A stretch of DNA of 63,006 nucleotides, filler included, from Choristocarpus tenellus KU-1152 (Eukaryota > Protista > Phaeophyceae), in the NCBI GenBank assembly GCA_964200185.2. It is 15 parts of 15 records of this genome, joined end to end, with 100 filler letters (N's around TTAATTAATTAA, not from the genome) between each part and the next. Parts side by side here need not be neighbours in the genome. Positions count along the whole stretch, not along the records: positions 38,599 to 42,928 come from CAXNAD020015087.1; positions 43,029 to 49,093 come from CAXNAD020009030.1; positions 49,194 to 52,451 come from CAXNAD020021215.1; positions 52,552 to 55,781 come from CAXNAD020021383.1; 11 more parts are not named here. One strand, 5' to 3'. The notes under the pieces are model-generated. The model was not told where the DNA came from. It made no database searches and saw only the letters and a list, made by a program, of their open reading frames with translations. Shown here piece by piece: positions 40,796 through 53,320 of this stretch (within the stretch, counting starts at the first letter, position 1; each line of letters begins with the position of its first letter). The position numbers and the translations under genes are program-made.

Positions 40796-41427
40796 TCTTA
40801 ATTTAAGACAAAGTCAACAGCTGAGGGGACCACCGAACAGTTCAAGGCCAGGTTGGTGGCACAGGACTCCACTCAACAAGAGGATGTACAAGACATTCAA
40901 TTATGATAGGCTTCAAGCCTGGGGGAGTGAGTGCTACGTCAACAAGAGAAACAATGGACAATGGGGGCTTGGTCAGGTATGGGGATTCTGACTGGGGTAC
41001 TGACTCACAAACACGCAGGAGTGTTACAGGATACATAATACTGTTCAACGGATCACCGATCGCCTGGCGCTCAAAACTTCAAGGCGCTGTCACCCTCTCC
41101 AGCTCAGAAGCAGAGTGCAGTGGCACATGCCGTATGCCATTGCCGTCCACTCTGCTTCTGTGATCAGTGATCCGTTGAACAGTATTATGTATCCTGTAAC
41201 ACTCCTGCGTGTTTGTGAGTCAGTACCCCAGTCAGAATCCCCATACCTGACCAAGCCCCTATTGTCCATTATTTCTCTTGTTGACGTAGCACTCACTTCC
41301 CCAGGCTTGAAGCCTATCATAATTGAATGTTTTGTACATCCTCTTGTTGAGTGAAGTCCTGTGCCACCAACCTGGCCTTGAACTGTTCGGTGGTCCCCTC
41401 AGCTGTTGGCTTTGTCTTAAATTAAGA
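40796..41427. repeat. Fold-back inverted duplication of a Copia RT/RNase H fragment
   Basis: Arms at about 40796-41061 and 41162-41427 are near-identical reverse complements, with an inner hairpin at 41105-41160. They encode FKARLVAQ and YGDSDWG...RRSVTGY...WRSKLQ...LSSSEAE. Confidence 0.92.
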
Positions 41428-42454
41428 TTTAGTCTTGACAGGATTTCTTCCCCATGTCAAAACCTCTCCCTCTATGAATGTTCCTTTCATCCATTGTTGC
41501 TCCAGGATGTGCTCTGGGTACCTGCAGGCTTCTCAGCACAAGCAGCAAGTCTTGTGCAGGCAGCCCTTTGCTGACAAGCCTCCTCTGTTTTTTCTTTTCT
41601 GGCTCCAATTCGAGCCAGGCAGCCCTCCATCGGGGCTGCTGTCATTCTCATGAGGGCTGATCACCATTGCTGCGGCCCCCCTGTTGTGGCCTGTCCCAGC
41701 AGGAAACACTAGGCCTCGCGATGCCCTCCCTAAATATGCTCCAATTCGAGCCAGGCCGCCCTCCATCGGGGCTGCCATTATTTTCATTCGTGCTGACCAC
41801 CATAGCTGCAGCACCCCTCCCTCATGGCCTGTCCCAGCAGGAACCACAAGGCTTTGCGATGCCTGACGTATTCATCGTACGCGCAGCGTTCCTTGAATGA
41901 TGTATCAGCTGTGGGAGGTGCTGGAATGTAGTGTGCAGGTTGGAGTATCCGGTACAGTCCTTTGCCGCCAGCGTAACTCACCAAAGCTATCCGCCATTCT
42001 GTCCACTTCTCCCTTGTATGCCCCCGCACTCCACTCCATAGTGGCAGCATATGGGAGTCTGCTTAACGTACCAATGAGGTTTATACCCTATAGGTTTGAC
42101 TTCCCTGCGAAGGGGGATCGTGTGAGGCTCATATCATAACCTATGCAAAAAGAGAGCTATTTCAATAGAGTCTTTTCGTTATGCTGTATGGATGTATTTG
42201 ATTAGCAGAGTGAGCACAGCCCTCAGTGGTGGGGGGTGCTCTCTCTTATTACCTTATTGTCTTACTGCACACGTCAGCAGACATATCAAAAATTAGTCCT
42301 ACCGTTGGTCGTACTGTATCACTTGTCTTATCTTGTCTTATCCTGTGTAACTAGTGTAACTAGTACTACGTCAGTCATTAATCATCCGACATTCGAACCT
42401 ATTACTCTGAGCACACGAAATCAAGTCAATGGCACTTATTCCACTTGGTCAACA
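41162..42454 (-). mobile_element. Internally deleted Ty1/Copia element: LTR about 42454-42144, PBS-like GGTTATG, gag remnant, RT/RNase H remnant
   Basis: The minus strand reads TGTTGA...TTGCA, then TAGGTTATG..GAGCC, then a gag-like ORF (KWTEWRIAL), a duplication of about 135 bp at 41590-41860, and pol motifs. Confidence 0.7.
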
Positions 42455-42837
42455 TCTCTGTTGTCTAGCAGTGATCACTGAACATACGTGAACCGTACAG
42501 ACTACCAGTCTATATTGCACAGGCGCGACCCCTCTGGGCTGGCTGGCTCCCTTGCAGCATGTTGTTCGTTGCAGCGGGAAGGGCAAGGGCAAGGGCTGAC
42601 TGTAATGAAAACACGCCTTCTGTACTCGGGAAACACTCGCAGAATACAACGGTCTCTCTGTCTCAATGTCGACCAGGGTCTCTATTAGGGGGGCTTGGTT
42701 TCCCCCGTGTGCTTCAGGACTTCCAGTTTATCGCTCCAATGGGGTTCCAATGCAGTGTGGTGCACTTGACTGTGAGTCAAAAGGAAATTTGATGGCTCAG
42801 TTCTCCGCAAACCTGGCCGTTGCGTGGTGTCCTGTCT

Positions 42838-42875
<38 letters not shown>

Positions 42876-43239
42876 TTTTCCTCCTCTCTTCCTGTTCATC
42901 CCGCTCGGGGGTGGTTGGTGTGGGGTGTNNNNNNNNNNNNNNNNNNNNNNNNNNNNNNNNNNNNNNNNNNNNTTAATTAATTAANNNNNNNNNNNNNNNN
43001 NNNNNNNNNNNNNNNNNNNNNNNNNNNNCCCTGGGGTAGACCCCCCCCCCCTCCCAGATACTTTGGGTCTAGTTTTAATTGGTTTTTCTCCTAACATATC
43101 TGGAAAATGTCAAAAGGGCGTAACATAATGAAGGACGTACGAAAGGGAAAATGAATCCGACAGAATAATCTACAAGACCTGGAGGAAAAAATAATCACAT
43201 TACGTATTGAGAGTAGAACATGAATCAATTCTAGGTTAG

Positions 43240-44142
43240 TACAAGGAACACTTGTCTAAGAGGCAATTCCTCGGGGGGGAAAGGAGTCAAAATCATGCGT
43301 GTTGACAGCGTGATTATAGTAAGTTCTTGTTTCCAACCACTTAGTTGTTCGTGGAGGCAGGAGTGGCCGGCAGTGATGTCCGTGTCGTCCGCGTACGCGA
43401 TTGAAAAAAGCGCAGCTTCCCGGCTGGTGTGTTCGCAGGGTTCAGCAATGATGTGTGTTGGGTCAAGGCCAAGCAATTTACCAATCATCCGCACTATTCC
43501 CCTCCTCTCAGTTCTTATCACAATCGCAGGAACAGCATAGGGGTTACAAGTCACAAAATGGATGTCAGGGTCAGCCAGCTCATACAAACAGGAGGGTATG
43601 GGGTTGGGCGGGAAGGAGTTTGTTAGAACATAAGTAAACCTCTGTGTCTACCGAAAAGGTAGTCAGCCTGATGTTAAAGTATCTCCAAAATCATCAAAGA
43701 GGATAAAGGTGATAAACCCGGCGAGATTGATTATATTCTGTAGAGTTCCATTACTCCATACATATTTTACCTTAACTGTCCGATAGAGTTGGAAGAGTCT
43801 AATCGAACACCTGAGAGTCAATTTCCTGTCGGGGGGAAGAAGTCGAAACCGAAGGTCTTTGAAGTGTGCTTGTGGTAAGTTCTTGTTTCAGATCGTGGGC
43901 CAGGCCCTGGTGGCTGGAGTTGCAGTCAGTGATGTCCATGTCGTCTGCGTACACGAACGAAATGAGCGCAGCCTCCCCGTTGGTGTGCTCGCAGGGTTCA
44001 GCAACGCTGTGTGTTTGGCCATGCCCAAGAGAGGCTGTGCTTATTTCGTTCGTGTACCCAGATGACATGGGCATCATTGACTGCCACTCCATCCCCCAGG
44101 AACAACTAGCTGAAGCTCTGAAACAAGAACGCACCACAAGCA
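43240..44142. mobile_element. Three diverged copies of a YADD-containing RT-like fragment; the last two form an inverted pair
   Basis: IAYADDTDIT (minus), FVYADDMDIT (minus), FVYPDDMGII (plus). Inverted arms at about 43867-43976 and 44030-44142. Confidence 0.55.
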
Positions 44143-44215
44143 GTTTCTATGGACTGGTTGACACTGACACCCATATTGCGGCTTGTCTCCCCCGTTCTGT
44201 TCTTGTGATTGTTAT

Positions 44216-44472
44216 GAGCCAAAGTATCTTAGAGGGTAGAGCCGCGTCCATTTGGGGCCAAAGTCGGATGTTGCGATTATGATATAATTTTGGCTATCGC
44301 TTTTGTTAGGAAGTGTCAATATCCATGTTCCTGACACACGTTTCCTAACATACATACTTTACCTACTCCTAAACATTTTGGAATAGGAAAATGTGACTAA
44401 AGAACTCATGAGAAGCAAAGCCCCAAATGGACCAACAGGGCAAAACTCGTACCCTCTAAGATACTTTCACTC
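44216..44472. mobile_element. Long-subfamily MITE
   Basis: Both TIRs are present. The flanks TAT/TTA do not form a clean TSD. Confidence 0.85.
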
Positions 44473-46821
44473 TTACATGAACCAATTGGAAAGAACAGTG
44501 TGGATGATGGGTAGATGGGACAAATATGGATTACCACCATTGTGCCAACTATTTGTTGAAGGGTGGTTGAGTGTTAGTACTGGCTCATACCACCTTCCTC
44601 CGTACACCCCCTGCTGCTATGATACACCTCTCCAACACCCACCCCTCTCAACACCTTGTTGGCATCCAAATTGCTCTTGTCCTCTTCTTGCCCCTCTCCC
44701 AACCACAACCCTCTAACCTTCTCACACTCTGTTCCACACAGGTGAGACTGACTCTGTCTCTGTCTACCATTTTGACTTCTGGATATGCCATGTACCTGTT
44801 ACAGTGATTGGTGGTTAGTTGGTGAGCAATAGCAAATGGAGCATGGTCATTAGGAAGTACTGGGGAGTACAATGTATGGTAACGGCAATGGCATTAGAGG
44901 GCGGTAGGGGTGCCTTGCTGCTATTGCTGTCTCCTCTTCAACCAACCCCCTCATCGTGTGGTCACCATTGTGGATTGACCCTGGAACTCATTCATCGTAT
45001 CCTGAGGGAGTGAGAACAAGGGGAAGGGAAAGACTTCAGGTATGGGCAGAAGGACAGTGCTGCAAGGACCCTCCTGTAGGACCCAGGTTCAAGGCTGGAT
45101 GAGAATACGTCTTCTTTTGTACCCTGCACTTAAGGAAGAGTGAGAAGTCAGTGCTTTATCGACCTTTTGAAACAAATGGATGGAATAGTTTGAGGGGTGA
45201 GGAAAGGGAGAAATTCTGAGGAGTGAAACTTCCTCACTCTGTATCATATCAATTTCTACACAGTCCATTCCTGTTGAAGGTTACCTTTGTCGCCCTATCC
45301 CTGATCAAGTTGTTGGACATCTTGTGCCCACCAATCCTCGTGGTCCCATGCCCTTTTGTCAGTGTACACTTAGAGCCCTACCTGATAATCAGACTCCCCG
45401 ACTCTGGTTCTTTCACTGGCTTTACAGTCGACACGCTGGACTAGTGAGGGGAAGGGGAAATAAATGACTGGGAAGGGAAGAGCTGATTTGTATGTATTTC
45501 ACTATTTTTTTTACAGTGCAGATATGTGTTTGAATGTGTGTTTGGGACAACTGAAGCCATTGTATTGTATTGCAGATGTTGTAGTTTTGAAGATTCTGCT
45601 TACATCTTCTAGCCTTGACAAACACACTCATGGTGGCCAATTTTGTTGTATTGTTCAGGAGAAGCACAGGTCAAGGAATTCCCACCATGCTGTTGTTCCC
45701 AATACCTTAGTGCATTTGTTCCTTGAATTTTTGGTGGAGGCCAGTCATTGGAGTAGCAGTTGTGTATGAAGTGCATATTGTGAATTTTGGTTTACTCAAC
45801 ACTTGGTCTAGCGTACTTCCACCTCCGAGAGCTTAGAGAAGAAATTCATGATGACTACAGGCTGGGCTGGTGCACAGGTTGCAGAGCTCTAGATATGTTA
45901 CACCCTTGCAACTTCCTCAACTACATTTTTGACAGTCCTTTCTTTCTTCAACCTCAACAAGACCTTCCATCCAGGTCAAGATTGTAGAGACTGAACCGTT
46001 CTTCTACAGATTCGGAGAATATTCCCTGTTTGGTTGTAAGATTCTTGTTTTGCAAACTCGTTCAATTTTGAATATATAATGGTTCCATATATGAAGGCTT
46101 GAAAGGTAGGAAACGTGAGAAGAAGGCTCAAAGCATTTGAGGGGGCATTGTGTCTGTCGAATCTGGGCCCATTTTTCCATGGTGCGACGTTAGAGTCGAT
46201 TTGATTGCATGTGTCGGATGGATCTTGAAAGTGCAGTTCTCCTGGTCAGGGCCCAAATGGACACCCTGGTGTAGAACCCCCCCCCCTCCTCAGAAACTTC
46301 TAAGCCAGAATAAACGGTGTTGTTGGTAGCAAGATTCGGTTCAGTGGAAATGCCTGAGTATCACCATGTGCAAGAAAAGTATAACAACGAAAGTGGTGAA
46401 CATCGAAAAAAGTGTTGAGATTACTGGTCCAGTTGTAAACAGCTATATATATGTAAGCGGGTGTGCTGGGTTCCTTCTCTGGATTTGTGAGTGGCAAGGT
46501 TCCTTCAGCGTTATTGAACTTTTTTGTCTATTGCTTGGAGAGTAGGACGGAAAGAATGAACGTGAGTGTAATCATTCTATGTAAAATGCGTTCAAATACA
46601 TTGTGGCCTTGTCTTGTGCCATCACTATTTTTCTTTTTCCAATACATTTTTCGCCAGTCAGTATTTCCTGCAAGGCAACAACAGTCAACTTTCTTCATTG
46701 ATCAGGGACCTCCAATAAAAAGGATTAGAATCAAGTTTGATGCAAGTGTTATGATTTTAGATATACCTTTGGAAGAGATACTTCACTGCATTGCACAGCA
46801 TGGTCTTATTGACCACACTAT

Positions 46822-47079
46822 GAGTCAAAGTATCTTAGAGGGTACAGCCGTGTCCTTTTGGGGACCAAAATCCAATGTTGCCATTTTGATATAATTTTGA
46901 CTATCATGTTTGTTAGGAGACGTCAGTATCCTTGTCTGGACACTTCTTTTCATAATGTATACATTTTACCTACTCGGAAACATTATGGAGTAGGTAATAT
47001 GACAATAAAAAAACATGGGAAGACAAGCCGCACATGGACAAACAGGACAAAATTCGTACCCTCTAAGATACTTTCACTC
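46822..47079. mobile_element. Long-subfamily MITE, TSD TAT
   Basis: TAT|GAGTCAAAGTATCTTAGAGGGTAC...GTACCCTCTAAGATACTTTCACTC|TAT. Confidence 0.9.
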
Positions 47080-48752
47080 TATCAATACCATACATAGTAT
47101 AGAAAAGTGCAAATATGACAGGAAACAGTACCACACGTAAAGAACATACAGTTGAGGTGTCTCATCGATGTTCTACACTCTACACACAGCCTCCCTGTGA
47201 TGAATGTTTCAGTGTTAGAGTCAATGTGCCCCTTAACTATTATAGGTCTTGGATTGAAGTTAAGACTGAAATCCAAACGGTCTGATATCCAAGAATATTC
47301 GGGGATGGTCTGATGTATGTCTAAAATTGTTTCCAATGTGAGACGGATTTGGTGGTCATTTGCTTCCAAAACAGAGACATATTTCAGAAATAGTTCACAA
47401 ACCTCTGTTAGGAATACATACTGTGTGTATGGTACACTATACAAAGCAAATATCAGCAATTTCATGCAACTCACACTCTTCAAAATATGAACTACTTGTT
47501 CTCATCATCATAGGTTTGGACTTCCATGTGTTGTCTGCCAAAATTTCACACCACCCAAGTGCAATACTTGTCTCACTCAAATGTGTAAAATCCCAGGAAA
47601 TTAATGTACACTATATTGGAAAGTACAGCTTCAGAGTACAATAGAAATACACCAACGCCCTGACATACTGTGGGGTAGACATAAAATACAGAACAAAACC
47701 CACCGCCCACATGGAAAACTTGACGCACATTCACCCCTTCAAAGTGGGGGCTGAGGAGAATCGGGAGGGGACAGGGGAAGAGAAGAATCAATAGGGATAC
47801 CAGAGTTGAACCAGATTACATACATAGTACCGTTATAGTTTGTAATATGTATCAAACGACTTGCACTTACTACGCTGCTCTCCCATGGTTTGGAGAACTG
47901 GTGATCGAGTTGGATCCTGAAGTGCATTGCACCATGTTACTGCCTCATCTGCCTGGAGGAACATAGATATTATACCCTGGCCTGACGGGATTCTTCTCAA
48001 CTTCATCCACCTCATGTAATACCTTCAACCCTGCATCACTACCATGCTTGCCCTGAGGAACATAAACGCTATACCCTGGCCGTACCAAGTCCTTGTTCTC
48101 AACTTGGTGGAACACCCTTGCCTTGGGCGCTGCTCCCCCCGTCCATTAGAAATTGAACCTCTGTCTTCTATAAAGAGGTCCACCTCAGGGACACCCTCTG
48201 GAAGAACGGAATCGTTATCCCAAACATCCTCCACTTCCTTACCCTCTACGTTAACCTTTCCCACCACCCCACCAGACTTCTTCCCCTCAGGAAAATACTC
48301 TGGGATCACCCACTTCCTGAAGAGCCATGAGTCTGATGTACCTTCCGTCATCCCCATCCCAACTCCACACCCACGGTCCGCCTCATGTGTTGCACTTCCA
48401 ACTTCACCTCCACCTTCTGCAAAGTTAACCTCATCTCCTCCAACAGTGCTGCTTCCACCCCAATCCATCCTCTCTCCCACCCTGTCCACCGCCGGTGTAT
48501 TTCCTACTGAATGATGGAGCGCTGCCCCTGTTTTTCCTCAACAAGTGCCGAACCGGACTCCCTCTGTGGTGACCGGAGTGTGGCCAGAGGAGCAGAGGAA
48601 AGCAAATATTTCCACATGGTGTCACTGGAGATGCCCTCTGCTTTCTCTTCATTTCCTCTTCCTCTTCCTCCAGCTAGACCTCCCCCTCCACACCAAAGTG
48701 CAACCTTCACAACAGCACCCATGGGTGCATCATGTATCCTATTCTCCAGGAG

Positions 48753-49093
48753 ACCACCACGCTTGTGCTGCCACTGGAAGGCATGGATACACTACTTCAC
48801 CTAGATGGTACTGGAGCAGGACCTCACCACAACACAGTCCACAGGCATGCAGTGGACGGCAATGGAGAGGTGATGGATGGGATATTGGACGGAAATGCTA
48901 GAGGAGCAGCGGCTGTTCAGTCTATCAGATCAGTCTCTACTCCTGTAGCATTTCCGTCCAACATCCCATCCATCACCTCTCCATTGCCATCCACTGCATG
49001 CATGTGGACTATGTGGTGGTGAGGTCCTGCTCCAGTACCATCTAGGTGAAGTAGTGTATCCATGCCTTCCAGTGGCAGCACAAGCGTGGTGGT
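48753..49093. repeat. Long near-perfect hairpin (arms about 155 bp, short loop), truncated by the contig end
   Basis: 48753-48910 is the reverse complement of about 48935-49093, with only scattered mismatches. Confidence 0.92.
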
Positions 49094-50559
49094 NNNNNNN
49101 NNNNNNNNNNNNNNNNNNNNNNNNNNNNNNNNNNNNNTTAATTAATTAANNNNNNNNNNNNNNNNNNNNNNNNNNNNNNNNNNNNNNNNNNNNTTTGAAA
49201 TGTCAGCAATAGCTGTTTGACCGAAACGGACGCCCCCTCACAAACCACCCCCCCCCCCAGGTACTTTGAACCTTGGCATAATGAGTTTCACGGCAGAGTG
49301 GCATTCTAAGGAAGTTGTGATAGCTAATGTACATTATACAGAAGCAATAACTAAGATCGCTCAAGTCACCACCATCACCACCACCACTATCGCCGCCGCC
49401 AACACCACCATCATCATATGCTTATTGCTTTTTTCTCGTTGTATTTTGTTGGGGTTGATTTCTTTGCATCCAATGTTCATTTCTTCATTTTGGTCCTCTT
49501 CTCTTTACTCTTCTATTCTCTTCACTTTTTTTTTCATCAATAACTTTATTCTTCATTTACTATTGATGGTACTTGCTGGACCTTGTTAAGAAGTGTGTAT
49601 CAGGGTGTTTACGCTGGATGTTTTCTTAGAGAATATGCATTTCAGGAGAAATCGGAAGCTTTGTGAATGCTTGTCCTTAAATACTAAAATGCCCTCTGAA
49701 TCACGAAAGTCCAAACCAGAATGAACTTTTCAATTTGTTTACATTTTGATTTCCTTAATAAACCTAACTCCTATAGCTCTCTTCATGGGCTTGACGAGTT
49801 CGAAATTTGAATTGGATAGCACAGGATCCCCAACAAAGCACAGTAGTCCCCCACAAAAGCATTACAGCCCACAATAGGACGCTCTGACACGTTCCACTTT
49901 CAATTGTTCTCCTTTCTCTTCTTTCCGTTCATCTAGTACACCGCGACTGATCATTGGCGTAAGTTCATCAAGAGCACCAAGACGGGTTAACTTTGTAAGG
50001 CATCCCCTGTTCAATAACTTCGTCCAGGAAAGGCTTGTCACCAGAAAGTGCTGGTAGGGTACATGGTGAACGTACACCATTTATTCATTATCTGATGATC
50101 TTTCGTCTTAGCCATCAATTATCTCTTACGCATGGCCTAAAACTGACTCATCATACCGCTGTGTGCGTTACTACCGAACTCAAGATAAACGTACATGAAA
50201 CTGTGTTATATGCTTGGATCAGGACACACAACGTACGCATGACACTAGTTATTGCGACATGCTCCCCTTGCTGAAAACAAGTAGCACTAACTCTCTAATA
50301 ACAAAATATAAATATTTTACACACATGTTTACTCTCTACATGTTCATCAAAAACTTCATGCGTTTCCTAAAAAGTTCTTACTGCCAAATATTTGGTTAAC
50401 ACACTGCCTTCTGGTTTGCAGTACCAACACAAACAACACAAATCTCTTTTTTTCTAGCCAAGTCCCTCAGAAAATGGTGTTGGACATCAATGGACTTTTT
50501 GTGTTAGGAGAGCTTGTGGCAATTCGTACTAGTTTTCATGCACCATCGTTATCCTCAAA

Positions 50560-51640
50560 CATGTCTACGCAACATCTAGGGAACTGTGGCTGAGTAAACT
50601 CCAATCTTGGCAAGAAAAGCGATTCCTGTGTCACACTGCTATGGGCTATATATACCCACTCTCCGTTGAGGACAGCTACAACTTTTTGCACCTTTGTCAC
50701 CCAAGATATTGCTCGTTCGGCAAACTTTATGGCTTCTCCACAGTCACTGATCTATGATCATTACAATCTTAGCCAGGATCAGCATAATATGCACTTAATT
50801 CGCATTCAATATCAAAACCACCAAAAATCAATCCAACACTTGGACACGTATTCAAATATGCTAATATACACTTAACAACATGCCAATGTGCAACCTTAGG
50901 ATTGCTTTTGTACTCCGCAACCTCATGAACTGATTGGCAATACCTAGGCTGGTCATGACAGCTGCCAACATCGAACTACCAACTGTGTCTCTCTACGGGA
51001 TATTTTGATCAACATTTTAATGATTCTCGCACTTGTGTGAGGCCCTTGAGAGATCATGGGGTACCGCCGATAATATCAAGAGCCATTTCTACAAAATAAC
51101 AAAACATTTTTTTTTTCTTTGGTCCATATCCACACCAAATCTTTGACAAAGGCTCCTAATTTACTTATTCTGAATAATGCTTACTGTCTTTGCAATTCTG
51201 TTACACCAAATCTCACAACCCATATAGTGCTCAAGATCACCAAAATCTTGGATAGAAACCTTCTCCTTGATCCTGGAGCGAATCCAAACCAAAACATTGG
51301 GTTTAGGAGTATGATTGAAACTAGCTGTTGAAGTTTCCTCAAAGTAGACAGGAGGAGTGCAGGTAAACGATAATCATATCACGTTGTGCGAACTTTTCTC
51401 ATACACTCCGTCGTTGTACTGATGCCACAAAAAATTATGGCCAGTGGTAAGGAAATCATTATCTGCGCAAATGACAACAGGTCTTGCAGTGTCCGGAATA
51501 GAAGGATAGCTTTAGGTCGATGGTCCGTTGACTAATCTGCAAAATTCTGAATTCTCTTAAGAGGAAATTTGAAGTCAGTGAAGCCCATTTTCCCCCTAAC
51601 GGTACATACACTAAATTGTGAATATATACGGTCAAGAATG
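50560..51640 (+). mobile_element. Possible heavily decayed Penelope-like RT/GIY-YIG remnant
   Basis: Broken-frame resemblances to SLYTxIP (AIYTHSP), YxRYxDDI and YIGQ in the right order. Weak. Confidence 0.25.
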
Positions 51641-51649
51641 TTTCCTTAA

Positions 51650-52060
51650 GCCAGACCGTACCACTGACTATACCGAACCCCTATTTCCAATGCGCAAATT
51701 TTCAACATCAGCCACATCTCGAAAAAAAGCCCGAAAAACCATTGCAGTTTAATTCTTGACTCGCAGGAATCGAACCCATTTCATTCCTGTCTTGTCACAT
51801 ACCATCATCATCTCGTAAAGGTATCCACCCGGGCTGCTTGCCCTTGGCTTCAGTCCGCTCAAATCTATGAACACCGATCCCAACTGTCGGTCAGACTTAC
51901 TCTCTGTTACCTTAGGTACAGGCTTCCAATGAGCCTTGCCAATAGTACAATATTGTTGCCACTCCCCAGTTAAGTAAATCCCACGATCCTTGGCATACCT
52001 GTGTACCATCCCTTCATGGCAGTGACCGAGTTGCATATGCACCTGGTTGATATCCACTTA
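51650..52060 (-). mobile_element. Ty1/Copia GAG-pre-integrase and integrase N-terminal remnant
   Basis: HMQLGH...CTIGK...VFIDLSG...GGYLYEMMMVCDKT..KWVRFLRVK. Confidence 0.88.
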
Positions 52061-52386
52061 GCAGTAGGTCGCATCTCACTACTCAGACCACATGGTGCAG
52101 TGATAAAAGCTCCAGTCCCACTTTTGGCGAGCTCATCAGGTCCATTATTGCCTGATGTTGATGCGAGTTGTATATCACTGTGTCCAGACTTGAGGCGAGC
52201 TCCTCCCCCTCAACAGTCCCCCCTGGGACGATGGTACATGCATTACTTACGACCAGTTCCTCAACACCCACCTCTGATGTGGGATTCGGACTAGTTGATC
52301 CCCCTGGATCAAACACTGGCGATGCCATCTTTGGGGTAGGTCTCTACCCCCCAACAATCCCCTCTGGGACAATCGCATTCACTTCA

Positions 52387-52451
52387 GGGTCAAAGTATCT
52401 TGGGGGGGGGTGTCGGCGTCCGTTTTTCACCCTTTTTTCAATTTTCACTTT
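52387..52451. mobile_element. Terminus of a third CAAAGTATCT subfamily; also at 2835-2877 and, reversed, at about 55915-55981
   Basis: GGGTCAAAGTATCT(G)nTGTCGGCGTCC.TTTTCAC is shared by three contig ends. Confidence 0.8.
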
Positions 52452-52564
52452 NNNNNNNNNNNNNNNNNNNNNNNNNNNNNNNNNNNNNNNNNNNNTTAAT
52501 TAATTAANNNNNNNNNNNNNNNNNNNNNNNNNNNNNNNNNNNNNNNNNNNNCCCCCCCCCCATT

Positions 52565-52942
52565 CAATATTTTGGATCAGATGGTAAAGGTCATTAAGAA
52601 GCAGTATGAGGAGTATGATGAAACCATACTTGAGAGGGCTTGGCAGCTCCTTTTTGTGGTATGCAATCAAGTACTTAGATATAAAGGGGGGAATGACTTC
52701 AGTGTGGAGCACACAGGGGTAAGGAAGAGGCAGTTGTCTGGAGAGCTTAAAAACATGCCAACAGTAGATATGGAGGCTATTTCTGTGGCCGATAAAATTG
52801 TGATGGATGGGGAGTAATAATAATAAAAAAAGCTGAATCTAACCAGAAATTCAAGGATTCCAAATCTTCTCTCAGAAATGAATCTTATCAACATCTTGAA
52901 AAGTTACGGACAACACAGAACAGACTTATGGTACGGAGGTAG
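52565..52942 (+). mobile_element. 3' fragment of the same mariner family as 11482-12814
   Basis: LERAWQLLFVVCNQVLRYKGGNDF...VADKIVMDGE* plus a 3' UTR matching the reverse complement of about 11355-11715. Confidence 0.85.
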
Positions 52943-53069
52943 TGTTATATTTAGTATTTACAGCAGTAGTCCAGAATACAAGATGCAAGTAGAGAGGCAT
53001 GATTATGACGTGACTGGTCCAGGTGTCTAAAAAATATTATCTGATCGGCCCTAGATAATATGTTCTAAC

Positions 53070-53320
53070 AATAGCCAAGTCCATGGCTGTCACCAACCAA
53101 CATGATGACCCAGGCTGTCAGCAGGCCATCTACAGCCAGGTCCGAACATGGCTGAATCCATGGTTATCAACCGTTTCAACATGACTGAGGCCGACCGCCA
53201 GTCATGTACAACCAAGTTTGAACATGACCAAGTCCATGGTCATCAAGTGGTTCAATGTGGCCAACTGGCGACTGTATGGCCAACAGTGGACATGCTAACT
53301 TTCCGACATGGTGAAGTCTT
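53070..53320. repeat. Degenerate short-period tandem repeat (CCATGG/CATGAC/CCAAGT units)
   Basis: Recurrent CATGGCTG, CATGACC and CCAAGTCCATGG words. Confidence 0.5.

Noticed and set aside
45000-48720. Intact gene in the Pro/Ser-rich and Gly-rich ORFs
   Set aside because: Low-complexity frames are open on both strands and the surrounding frames are full of stops. At most this is a decayed LINE-like remnant (RLDF motif), too weak to call.
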